Shown here: in pieces, positions 47,231 to 56,552 of the stretch
Position numbering within the stretch: the first letter of the stretch is position 1
How the letters are laid out: each line of letters starts with the position of its first letter
Origin: an uncultured Rikenellaceae bacterium
GTDB taxonomy: Bacteria > Bacteroidota > Bacteroidia > Bacteroidales > VadinHA17
Assembly (NCBI GenBank): GCA_964435015.1
Contig: CAYSXP010000015.1
Span: 6,340-70,339, forward strand
DNA length: 64,000 nucleotides
Direction: 5' to 3'
Notes under the pieces: model-generated
The model's input: the letters and a program-made list of their open reading frames with translations, nothing else
Told to the model about the DNA's origin: nothing
Database searches by the model: none
Position numbers and translations under genes: made by a program

Positions 47231-47246
47231 GGTTGTTATGAGGTTT

Positions 47247-49436
47247 TTACTGGTCTTCCGCGGTAAAATAAATCCTGAAAAGGGGGCCTCCCTTTACGGG
47301 AACAAGTGAATCGGGTGTAATCTCAATGACACTGAACCTTTCAGCGGGTATGTTCCGTTCGGTGACAAGGTATTTTTTCAGGTATCCGGCATGTCCTGCT
47401 CTCAGGGAATCGAGAGATGAACTGAGTACATCTTCGCCAATATATTTCCTGGAAAGGGCTGTCAGCGGCAAGCTGTCCGTTCCGTCCGGGAGGGTTAATT
47501 TGTTCCTGAGATATCTGAACAGGGATGAATCGGCTATGTTACTGACATCCTTTTCCCGGAGGGTGCCTGAATTCATCAGTTCTTTCCTGGCCATTATGCC
47601 AGCCAGTGTGTCGGCTGCCCTGCCTCGATTGATGCAGTAGATAAAATCTGCTTTCAGCATTGGCTTCTTGTCGAGGATGCCTGCTATTGCGTCAAGTGAC
47701 CGGAACGCTTTTTCGTCCGGCTGAATCTCTGTCACACTTAGCCTGACAGACTGAAGTGAAGCCGGATCAGACTGAATCAGGCCGGAAAGCAGATTTATGG
47801 GCGAAACGGCTGCTTTAACAAAGAGATTTCCAATTATCCTGAAAATGATTTTCCCCAGATTGACAATCCTGACCTCTTCCCCTTTCATCCTGACGGGAGC
47901 TTTCAGATCGATGATCCCGTTCCTGTCGCTGAGCACTCCCAGCGCCAGGCGAAGGGGAATATTGAAGCGGGTTTCATCCGCGATTTTTTTGCCAAGGCTG
48001 AATTTCCTGAAATAGACTTCATTATTGCTTACAAGCGATCTTTCCTTCAATTTGTTGCCGGTTCGGAAATTCATTGTTCCGCCGGTAACCGGAAATCCCA
48101 GGTAATGTCTGAAGTATGCATCAAGATCCTTCATCCGGAGCCTGCTGATATCCAGTGTAAACTCCACATCGCTGCCTGGGTTTTCATGGCTGAACACCCC
48201 CTGTGTCATCAGTTTGCCGGTTCCGTTCAGTCCGGCCGAGATATCGAATGATATTCTTCCGGGTTGTCCTGTTATTTCCTTAACATTTAGTTTGAGGCTG
48301 TCGATTTTGTACTCAAACGGATAGCGGAGATTTTTATCCGTAAACAGGATCGATCCGCCGCTGACCGATACTTCAGGGATGTTATACCCGAAACCTCCTG
48401 CTGTAGCGGAGGTGTCGGCGCTGACCGCGGCCGGATCCGCAATTTCCCCGGTTTTCATCAGGGCGGTCCAGTTGTTTGCCGAGTCCTGCAGTTCCATAAG
48501 CACGAACGGATGTTTAAGGCTGATACTGCCGATATGCAGGCGGCCGTCAGAAAGATCAAGCGTGTCAATCTTCACGGAAAGATCGTTGAATGAGAGGATG
48601 GTTCTCCCAAGGGTGTCCTGCAGTCCGAAGTTCCTGACATGGCTGGTTCCCTGAACGGAAAGGTCAAGTATGCTGCTGATACTCCCTGTTATCATCAGGT
48701 CGCTGGTGAGGTGGCCGGTGAGGGTTGACACATTCAGATAATTCCTGACATAGGGTTCTGTGATCCCCAGGTTCAGGCTGTCGATCATGAGGCTGAGCCT
48801 GTAGGTGCTGTCAGCCTGGTTGATCTCAAGGTCGGAACTTATGCCGCCCCCGTCAACGAACCTGAAACCTGCGCCGAGCTTAGCCGAGTCGCTGTTCCAG
48901 GTGAACCCGGGGATCGTAAGGTCAATGCTGTCGAGTGAGATGGTATGCTGCAGGGGGACATCGGTGTATTTCACGAAACCGCCGGCAATCCTGATATTAT
49001 GAATTACATATTTTGGCGGCGTTTTCCGGATATTCTCCTTTTCACTTTCTGTTGAGTCCGTGGCCACCAGGTCAGAGAAGTTGAACATGCTGCCATTCTG
49101 CGTCACCTGAATAAACGGATCATTGAGCGATATTCTCCTGATCACGAATTCGTTCCTTAGAAGAGGCAGGTAACTGACAGAGACGCTGAACTGCCTGAAG
49201 CTTGCAAAAACTGTTTTTTCGTCGGCTTCAAACATTTTAAATCCCCTGATCCTCAGGGTGCCCGTCAGATAACGGATCCTGATTTTGTCAATTGTGATCC
49301 GGCGCCCGATCAGCTCCCTGCTGTTTTTCTCAATATACCATCGGGCGATCCCCGGAGCTGCAAGAAGCAATAAGGCAACAGAAAGAAATATGCAGGCTGT
49401 TATCAGATATCTTTTCTTTAAAATCCCGGACTTCAT
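47247..49436 (-). CDS. DUF748 domain (AsmA-like) protein
   Basis: N-terminal anchor, GR...IDKI...LTG, FNFSDL and PLRLALGVLSDRNGIIDL..PV. Promoter box TACCTTTG at 49530-49523. Confidence 0.85.
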   Translation of the reverse strand: MKSGILKKRYLITACIFLSVALLLLAAPGIARWYIEKNSRELIGRRITIDKIRIRYLTGTLRIRGFKMFEADEKTVFASFRQFSVSVSYLPLLRNEFVIRRISLNDPFIQVTQNGSMFNFSDLVATDSTESEKENIRKTPPKYVIHNIRIAGGFVKYTDVPLQHTISLDSIDLTIPGFTWNSDSAKLGAGFRFVDGGGISSDLEINQADSTYRLSLMIDSLNLGITEPYVRNYLNVSTLTGHLTSDLMITGSISSILDLSVQGTSHVRNFGLQDTLGRTILSFNDLSVKIDTLDLSDGRLHIGSISLKHPFVLMELQDSANNWTALMKTGEIADPAAVSADTSATAGGFGYNIPEVSVSGGSILFTDKNLRYPFEYKIDSLKLNVKEITGQPGRISFDISAGLNGTGKLMTQGVFSHENPGSDVEFTLDISRLRMKDLDAYFRHYLGFPVTGGTMNFRTGNKLKERSLVSNNEVYFRKFSLGKKIADETRFNIPLRLALGVLSDRNGIIDLKAPVRMKGEEVRIVNLGKIIFRIIGNLFVKAAVSPINLLSGLIQSDPASLQSVRLSVTEIQPDEKAFRSLDAIAGILDKKPMLKADFIYCINRGRAADTLAGIMARKELMNSGTLREKDVSNIADSSLFRYLRNKLTLPDGTDSLPLTALSRKYIGEDVLSSSLDSLRAGHAGYLKKYLVTERNIPAERFSVIEITPDSLVPVKGGPLFRIYFTAEDQ

Positions 49437-49774
49437 TCTTAAGGCTGTCTTGTTATGGGGTTGGACCCGGAGTGCTTATATCCGCTTAAGGGATGTGTCA
49501 TAAACGGGTTTCCTGTCATACACAAAGGTAATTAAAATCTGAAATAAGTATCCGGCCTGTTAAGCAGCTTTCTGACCTGGTTATCCGGGGAAAGATGCGA
49601 TCCGGATCTTTTTTTAGCTTTATAGCCATATTTCCTGACCGGACTGAGATCAGAGATTCGGTTTTTGATGTTTTCCTTTCATATCTTAAACTTTTATTGG
49701 ATTTTGCAACAATTCATTATAACTTACAGACTCTTCTTTTGTCTATTATGAATGAAACTTAAACCAGATAAGAA

Positions 49775-51127
49775 ATGAAAACAAGGAAATTCACCCGCCG
49801 CCAGGTCATTGCGGCAACATCGGCAGGCTTCTTAGGTTCAATGCTGAATTATTCGTTCAGACCTTTTACCGTGGCAGGTACAAGCCAGTCGGTACTGGCA
49901 ATCAACGGAGGAGAAAAGGTCCACAAGGGACCATGGTCCGACTGGCCGTTCTGGGACAGGAGTGCGGAACCGGGTATTCTGGAAATGTTCCGTTCCGGGC
50001 GATGGTGGAGAGGTGAAGGTGAACATGTTGCCGTGTTTGAGAAAAAATACGCCGAACTTATGGGAGCCAGGAGCTGTCTTGCAACCGCCAGCGGCACAAC
50101 TTCCCTGATTGTTGCCATGGAGGCGCTTGGCGTCGATGCGGGCGATGAGGTTCTGATATCGCCGTACACATTCATTGCCACATACAATTCTGTATTTGCT
50201 CACAAGGCGCTGCCGGTATTTGTTGATTCAGATCCCGCGACCTTCCTGATGGATCCGGCAAAGATTGAGGAAAAGATCACCGACAGGACCGTGGCCATAG
50301 TACCCGTTCATATTTACGGTCTGCCTGTTGATATGGACAGTGTCAATTCCGTTGCGCGGAAGCATGGCATTAAGGTTATTGAGGATGCCTGTCAGGCATG
50401 GCTTGCGGAATACAGGGGGAAAAAAACAGGTACCCTGGGTGATCTGGGATGCTTCAGTTTCCAGAACTCCAAGCACCTGCCTGCTGGAGAAGGCGGGGCC
50501 ATCCTCAGCATGGATGAAGCCCTTATCGACAAGTGCTATGCGATCCATAATTGCGGCAGGGCAAGAGGCGCCATGAAGCCCGGTCCGGGATATCCCTACC
50601 GCGGAAGAAATTACAGGATGCAGCAATCGCAGGCTCTGATCCTGTTGTCTCAGATGAAAAGGATAGAAAAAGATAATGATGTCCGCCTTTCAAACGCATT
50701 GTATCTTGACGGAAAACTGCGGGAAATCCCCGGGATAATACCTTACCGGCCGGCAAACGGAGCCACGAGGGCAGTCTATCATCTTTATCCGTTCAGGTAT
50801 GTTAAGGAAGAATTCAATAATATTCCGAAAGAAAAACTCATAGAGGCACTTAACGCCGAAGGAATTCCCGCTACCGGCGGTTACGGGAAGCAGAATAAGG
50901 ACGGACTTATGGAAGAGGCCCTGACCTCCAGGGGCTATAAAAGACTCTTTTCGGAAGCAAGGCTCAGGCAGTGGAGAGAGCAGAACAATCTTCCTGGAAA
51001 TGACCAGCTTTGCGATCAGGCAGTAACATTATACCAGAGTATCCTGCTCGGATCGAAGGCCGACATGGATGATATTGTTAATGCAATAATAAAGATCCAT
51101 AAGCTCAAAAACACACTCAGGCCGTGA
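49775..51127 (+). CDS. DegT/DnrJ/EryC1/StrS PLP aminotransferase with a twin-arginine leader
   Basis: TRRQVIAA leader; ASGTTSL, GAGDEVLISPYTFIAT, PVHIYG, VIEDACQA, FSFQNSK (PLP lysine) and GEGG. Confidence 0.92.
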   Translation: MKTRKFTRRQVIAATSAGFLGSMLNYSFRPFTVAGTSQSVLAINGGEKVHKGPWSDWPFWDRSAEPGILEMFRSGRWWRGEGEHVAVFEKKYAELMGARSCLATASGTTSLIVAMEALGVDAGDEVLISPYTFIATYNSVFAHKALPVFVDSDPATFLMDPAKIEEKITDRTVAIVPVHIYGLPVDMDSVNSVARKHGIKVIEDACQAWLAEYRGKKTGTLGDLGCFSFQNSKHLPAGEGGAILSMDEALIDKCYAIHNCGRARGAMKPGPGYPYRGRNYRMQQSQALILLSQMKRIEKDNDVRLSNALYLDGKLREIPGIIPYRPANGATRAVYHLYPFRYVKEEFNNIPKEKLIEALNAEGIPATGGYGKQNKDGLMEEALTSRGYKRLFSEARLRQWREQNNLPGNDQLCDQAVTLYQSILLGSKADMDDIVNAIIKIHKLKNTLRP

Positions 51128-51132
51128 TTTGT

Positions 51133-51140
51133 TATATTTG
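51133..51140 (+). promoter_or_regulatory. -7 promoter box for the transglutaminase-NlpC/P60-epimerase operon
   Basis: TATATTTG lies between the DegT stop (51127) and ATG 51159. Confidence 0.55.
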
Positions 51141-51158
51141 CAGAATCACACCGTGAGA

Positions 51159-52646
51159 ATGAAGATTTTAAGGTCCGTTGCTGTAGCAGCAATACTGGTA
51201 TCATTAGCCGCATGCAAACACTCCGCTGACCGGAGCACCCTGTATGAACGTATGGGAAGGTATCTGGAAAAAGGTGAATTTGCAGAACTGGAGAAACTGG
51301 CGGATTCCCTTGAGACCCTGAGCCCGTCAGACAAAGATCTGGTTGCCAAAGCTGATTCCTTTGTTCAGATTGCCGGCAGGATAGCAATTGATTTTTCAGT
51401 GCCGGAAGCTGATTTTATTGATGATCTGAAAAGAAGGGCAGGGGACTATTCCCGGGATGAATTCAGATTGTGGGAGAAAAATAACTGGCTCGAAAGGAGG
51501 AAAATAAATGGCGAAACAAGATATTTCAGGCGGGCGGCCTCAAACCTGGTCCGAATCAGGGATTTTAACCTGCACAGGGCTTATTTTGATTCGCTGAATT
51601 CCGTATCTCCTGAAATCAGGTTCAGATTGAAGCATATTGAATCGGTCATCAGGGCGGCCCGGGAAAATTCCGGACCTGTGGTTCCCGTGGAAATGGCAAT
51701 TACCTGTTCTCTTACTGTAAAGCCCGATGCTGTGCCGGAAGGAGAAATTGTCAGATGCTGGCTCCCCTACCCGCGGGAAGATCATCCCCGGCAGCAGAAG
51801 GTGAAACTCATTTCAGCATCACATGAAAATTATATTGTCGCTCCCGATTCAGTTACCCACAGGACGATCTTCATGGAAGGAAGGGCCGTAAAGGGAATAC
51901 CCCTCGTATTCAAAGTGGAATTCAGCTATCAGTCCGAAGCGCAATATTATGATCAGGATGAGATAAATAAGCTGCCTTCTGCCGGTTATTCCGGGATCTG
52001 TGATACATATACCGCGGAGCAGTTGCCGCATATCTGTTTCACGGAAAGGGTGAAAAAACTTGCCGACAGCATTGCCGGGAATGAAAGGGAGCCCTTCAGG
52101 ATACTTAAAAAACTATATTACTGGATCGACAGCAATATTCCCTGGGCAGGAGCGCTTGAATATTCGACGATTCCCTGCATACCTGAATATGTATTGACCA
52201 ACAGGCGGGGCGACTGCGGTATGAAGACTTTCCTTCTGATGTCAATGCTGAGATACAAGGGTATTCCTGTCAGATGGCAGAGCGGATGGATGATGCCCCC
52301 GGACGATGAAAACCTGCATGACTGGTGCGAAGTTTTTATTGAAGGTGCAGGATGGCTGCCTGTCGATATGTCGTACGGGCTTCAGTATTCGGATGATAAG
52401 AAAATAAAGGAATTCTACATGTCAGGGATAGATTCATACCGGCTGATTGTGAACAATGGCGTTTCGGGCAGGCTGTTCCCTCCGAAGAAATTCCTGAGAA
52501 GTGAGACTTTGGACTTTCAAAGGGGTGAGGTTGAATGGGAAGGAGGGAACTTATATTTTAATGAGTGGACCTATAACATGGAAATTGAATATACGGCAAA
52601 AAGCAGTCATTCCGAAAGAAGGGCCCGGATGCTGCTTACCCCGTAA
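51159..52646 (+). CDS. Transglutaminase-like domain lipoprotein
   Basis: Lipobox LAAC; triad GDCG, HDW.E and WLPVD; start moved to ATG 51159. Confidence 0.9.
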   Translation: MKILRSVAVAAILVSLAACKHSADRSTLYERMGRYLEKGEFAELEKLADSLETLSPSDKDLVAKADSFVQIAGRIAIDFSVPEADFIDDLKRRAGDYSRDEFRLWEKNNWLERRKINGETRYFRRAASNLVRIRDFNLHRAYFDSLNSVSPEIRFRLKHIESVIRAARENSGPVVPVEMAITCSLTVKPDAVPEGEIVRCWLPYPREDHPRQQKVKLISASHENYIVAPDSVTHRTIFMEGRAVKGIPLVFKVEFSYQSEAQYYDQDEINKLPSAGYSGICDTYTAEQLPHICFTERVKKLADSIAGNEREPFRILKKLYYWIDSNIPWAGALEYSTIPCIPEYVLTNRRGDCGMKTFLLMSMLRYKGIPVRWQSGWMMPPDDENLHDWCEVFIEGAGWLPVDMSYGLQYSDDKKIKEFYMSGIDSYRLIVNNGVSGRLFPPKKFLRSETLDFQRGEVEWEGGNLYFNEWTYNMEIEYTAKSSHSERRARMLLTP

Positions 52647-52661
52647 AAAACCTGAGACGAA

Positions 52662-53858
52662 ATGAAGCAAACAAGTTTACCCTTTCTTTTGTTGCTGCTT
52701 GCCGGCGGACTGCTGTCAGGCGTTTCATTGCCGGGATGCCGGCAGGACTCGTTGGTTTTGTTGTCGGAAGGACTGGATTCGATAGGTACTTCAGTGGTTA
52801 AGGATAAAAGGGAAGGGATCTTTTACATTAATCTTTACAGGGAAGGGAAAAAAATAATTCTCAGCGGTGAGACTGACAGTCGTGATGCCCGAAATTCAGT
52901 ATTGGGCTACCTTGAGGGAAAGGGAGTTCATTTTATTGACAGCCTGACGCTTCTGCCCGACACTGCGGCACTTGGAGCTCAGTGGGGTCTGGTGAATGTC
53001 AGCGTGTGCAATATGCGGCTGGTCCCGTCGTATGATGCAGAGCTGATTTCACAATCCCTGATGGGAACGCCTGTCCGGCTCCTTAAAAGGGATCACGGCT
53101 GGTTTCTGGTGCAAACCCCCGACCGGTATATCGGCTGGGTCGACAGCGACGCCATTGCGGTCTTAACCAGTGAAGAATATCGAGATTGGAAATCGTCGGA
53201 AAGGATTTTCTTCACCGGCAAAACAGGCGATATTTACGGAGATCCTGAAAAAAAGACGACTGTATCCGATATTGTTGCGGGATGCATTTTAAAGGTCAGC
53301 GGCATCAGCGGCAGGGATTACCGGGTAATACTGCCCGACGGCCGCAGCGGATTCATCCCGGCTTCCGGCGCAATGATACTTGATGATCTTGATCCAGTCA
53401 GGCTGCTTACACCCGAAACACTGATATCACGTGCGGAATCATTCAATGGTATCCCCTATCTCTGGGGAGGAACATCCGTAAAAGGATTCGACTGCAGCGG
53501 ATTCGTAAAAACAGTGTATTACCTGAGCGGGATTATCCTTGCGAGGGATGCATCGCTGCAGTTCAGGCACGGGATTGAAACGGACACCGTAAATTTTCCC
53601 GCTTCGCTGAAGCCCGGCGACCTGCTGTTTTTCGGATCAGTCAGGGAAGGCCGGCCCAGGGCCACACATGTTGCCATGTATACCGGCAATACAGAGTATA
53701 TTCATGCTTCGGGAATGGTCAGGACCAACAGTCTCGATCCCTCACGTAGCAATTTCAGCAGATACCGGAGAAATACATTCATTGGAGCAAGAAGGATTAT
53801 CGGAACAGGGTATGGCGAGGGAATCACTCCTGTTGCCTGGCATCCGTGGTACAAATAG
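52662..53858 (+). CDS. SH3 plus NlpC/P60 gamma-D-Glu-mDAP (dipeptidyl) peptidase, YkfC-like
   Basis: SQSLMGTPV, QTPDRYIGWV, PYLWGGTS.KGFDCSGFV, RDASLQ, GDLLFFG, THVAMY and IHAS. Confidence 0.92.
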   Translation: MKQTSLPFLLLLLAGGLLSGVSLPGCRQDSLVLLSEGLDSIGTSVVKDKREGIFYINLYREGKKIILSGETDSRDARNSVLGYLEGKGVHFIDSLTLLPDTAALGAQWGLVNVSVCNMRLVPSYDAELISQSLMGTPVRLLKRDHGWFLVQTPDRYIGWVDSDAIAVLTSEEYRDWKSSERIFFTGKTGDIYGDPEKKTTVSDIVAGCILKVSGISGRDYRVILPDGRSGFIPASGAMILDDLDPVRLLTPETLISRAESFNGIPYLWGGTSVKGFDCSGFVKTVYYLSGIILARDASLQFRHGIETDTVNFPASLKPGDLLFFGSVREGRPRATHVAMYTGNTEYIHASGMVRTNSLDPSRSNFSRYRRNTFIGARRIIGTGYGEGITPVAWHPWYK

Positions 53859-53861
53859 AAG

Positions 53862-55004
53862 ATGAACAAAAGGACTTTCATAAAATACTGCACTTCTCTG
53901 GCAGGAATATCATTGGTTGGCAGAAAATTTGCCGGCGCAGCAACTACTTTCCCGGTAAACAGGTACAATATGAAAAAATCAGGCACCCTTAAGTTGCGGT
54001 ATGCTCCGTATACACTTCAGATGAAACATGCATTTACGCTTGCAACAAGTTCAAGGACCACGACTCCGGTTGTACTTACAGAACTGGAATTCGAAGGTAT
54101 CACGGGCTATGGAGAAGCATCTATGCCCCCGTATCTCGGGGAGAGCCACGAATCGGTGCTGAAATTCCTTGCTGAAGTTGACCTTTCCCGGTTTTCTGAC
54201 CCGTTCCTGCTGGAGGATATTCTGATTTATGTTGATAATGTGATGCCTGGAAATTATGCTGCAAAGGCATCAATAGATATTGCACTCCACGATCTTATCG
54301 GAAAGATCACGGGACAGCCCTGTTACAGGCTGTTCGGGCTCAATCCGGCAAAGACCCCGCTGACAAGCTTCACCATAGGTCTGGATTCCCCGGAAATTAT
54401 AAAGCAGAAAGTTGAGGAAGCGGAACCTTACAGGATACTGAAGGTAAAGCTTGGCCGTGACAATGACAGGGAAATGATTGAAACCATCAGATCGCTGACC
54501 GGCAGACCATTGTGTGTTGATGTAAATCAGGGATGGACCGACAGGAATCATTCGCTTGACATGGCACACTGGCTTCATGAAAGAGGAGTGATATTTCTTG
54601 AGCAGCCTATGCCCCGGTCAAGAAAGGATGATTTAGCCTGGCTGACGCAAAACAGCCCTTTGCCCATAATAGGAGATGAGGCTATTCAGCATGCTGACGA
54701 CATTGTCAGTCAGAAAGATGTTTATTCGGGTGTCAACATAAAGCTTATGAAATGCGGCGGGATGCATGCGGCCCGCAATATGATCGGCCTTGCAAGGGCC
54801 CTGGGCTTGAAAGTCATGATCGGTTGCATGACCGAAACCTCATGTGCCGTATCGGCTGCGGCACAGCTCTCCCCGCTGGTTGACTGGTGCGACCTCGACG
54901 GGAACCTGCTTATCAGCAATGATGTGTTTGATGGGATGAAGATCACCGGCGGTAAAGTGACCCTACCTGACCGGCCGGGTATCGGGGTGATAAAACTGAC
55001 CTGA
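53862..55004 (+). CDS. L-Ala-D/L-Glu dipeptide epimerase (enolase superfamily, YkfB/YcjG-like)
   Basis: GYGEASMPPYLGE, TSFTIG, LKVKLG, VDVNQGW, EQP, GDE, NIKLMKCGG and DLDG; Tat-like KRTFIK leader. Confidence 0.93.
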   Translation: MNKRTFIKYCTSLAGISLVGRKFAGAATTFPVNRYNMKKSGTLKLRYAPYTLQMKHAFTLATSSRTTTPVVLTELEFEGITGYGEASMPPYLGESHESVLKFLAEVDLSRFSDPFLLEDILIYVDNVMPGNYAAKASIDIALHDLIGKITGQPCYRLFGLNPAKTPLTSFTIGLDSPEIIKQKVEEAEPYRILKVKLGRDNDREMIETIRSLTGRPLCVDVNQGWTDRNHSLDMAHWLHERGVIFLEQPMPRSRKDDLAWLTQNSPLPIIGDEAIQHADDIVSQKDVYSGVNIKLMKCGGMHAARNMIGLARALGLKVMIGCMTETSCAVSAAAQLSPLVDWCDLDGNLLISNDVFDGMKITGGKVTLPDRPGIGVIKLT

Positions 55005-55033
55005 AAGCCGGGAAAGTATTCCCGCATTACAGC

Positions 55034-56347
55034 CTATTTCAGCCACCTGTCGAACCAGTCAAATGCTTCTTTCTGCATCTCCGCATCGAATTTATGCGGC
55101 CCGGGATAAAATGAACATTTGTATTTTTCCGGAGCGCCTGCCTTAGCATAAATTTCCCTGAGAATCTCATCAGCCTTCTTCATCTCAGGCAGGGTGTAAA
55201 GATCATCATCATTGTCGTTCAGCACCATTGTTGGAAGCGGCACCCTGAGCCCAAGTATTTCAGGAAAATCGAGTTCGCTGGGCAGCAGGGGCACATAGGT
55301 CATCCAGGTGTGTGTGAACGATTTATTCAGTACAAAATCGCGCCAGGTTGTCATGAATCCCACGCAGACTGCGCATTTGATCCTTTCGTCGGCGCCCCCG
55401 GTGAACACTGTCCTCATTCCTCCTCCTGACAGGCCAGCGCATCCGATCCGGCTGCTGTCCACATCCTTCCTGGAACATAGGATATCGAGGGCCACTGAGT
55501 CTTCAGCCATGAACACCCCGGGCCATGTTGTGCCAGCGCTGAAAAGCGACTTGGCCATTATGTGCTCATGCTCACGGGCCCAGTTATTATAGGCATTTAC
55601 GTTTGCCGGATCCTCCGGATCATCATCAGTCAGTCCCTGCCTCAGATGAACCGGCACATCCTGCATCATGACCCTCCTGCCCGCGAAAGGGAAAGCATCG
55701 GAAATAAGCACGGCATAGCCTCTTTTTGCTATCTCATTTGCCCATGCCCTGCCTTCATAATAGTGCTCCTGGTGATCTTTCATCAAAGGGTGCTGATCCT
55801 CGGAGGTTTTTGTAATTTTCCTGGTACCGAAATACTTGTTGCCTCCGTGATCGTGAAAGGCAAGAATCCCCGGCAGCTTTCCCCCTGCCCCTGCCGGCTT
55901 CAGGAGAATGGCGTCGGTGGGCCGTCCGTACGGAAGCTGCCATCTGAGCTCCTCGATATGGAGACCGTCGAAAGTATAGCTTTTTAACTGCTGAACTTCA
56001 GGGCTTCTACCGGTTTCAGGCATGGCCACGCGCTCAAAAAGCCTTTCCTTTGCAACAGGTTTCCACGATTTAACATCTTTCCATTCCTTGCGCCTGAAAG
56101 ACTGCCGGGGAAGATTTTTCCCCGTAAGTCCGGCGGCCCAGCTGCCATACACACCGATAAGACTTACCTGATCCTGCACGGTTATCGGCTTTTCCATATT
56201 CGTACTTTCCGTTTCGGAATCCATATATATATCATTTGATTCGTTATGCCGGCAATCGCTATTGATTTTCTCCGGAAAATCAAAACCCGCCATCCCTATA
56301 CCAAGGGCCCCGGCAGCTTTCAAAAACCCCCTCCGGTTGCTTTTCAT
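55034..56347 (-). CDS. Tat-exported alpha/beta hydrolase (dienelactone-hydrolase/esterase-like)
   Basis: NRRGFLK leader; LPGILAFHDHGG, nucleophile elbow GLSGGG, DDDLY and YPGPHKF. Confidence 0.87.
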   Translation of the reverse strand: MKSNRRGFLKAAGALGIGMAGFDFPEKINSDCRHNESNDIYMDSETESTNMEKPITVQDQVSLIGVYGSWAAGLTGKNLPRQSFRRKEWKDVKSWKPVAKERLFERVAMPETGRSPEVQQLKSYTFDGLHIEELRWQLPYGRPTDAILLKPAGAGGKLPGILAFHDHGGNKYFGTRKITKTSEDQHPLMKDHQEHYYEGRAWANEIAKRGYAVLISDAFPFAGRRVMMQDVPVHLRQGLTDDDPEDPANVNAYNNWAREHEHIMAKSLFSAGTTWPGVFMAEDSVALDILCSRKDVDSSRIGCAGLSGGGMRTVFTGGADERIKCAVCVGFMTTWRDFVLNKSFTHTWMTYVPLLPSELDFPEILGLRVPLPTMVLNDNDDDLYTLPEMKKADEILREIYAKAGAPEKYKCSFYPGPHKFDAEMQKEAFDWFDRWLK

Positions 56348-56552
56348 GTCTTTGGGATTGTTAAATTGCTTAAATTTACATTAATTGTTTTTTAATCATG
56401 ATTTATTCGGATTGAAAAAAGAAAAATACTCCCTGGAAAGCGTATTAACCAAAAAAACAAGTCATATGAAACGAGCATGTCTTGCAGACACAACCATGCG
56501 TGGGGATCTGAAATGCGGATCCCGGTTTGATCCGGGAATCAATACTGGCAGC

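Noticed and set aside
49775-55004. DegT aminotransferase as part of the peptidoglycan-recycling operon
   Set aside because: The apparent 1-nt gap depends on a TTG start at 51129. A -7 box at 51133-51140 and an ATG with a lipoprotein signal at 51159 suggest a separate transcript.
56385-56552. N-terminal extensions in the ORF track (also at 430, 21813, 22525, 24293, 32028, 41958, 42568 and 61731)
   Set aside because: Downstream ATGs give proper signal peptides or family N-termini, and the extensions overlap neighbouring genes or promoters.
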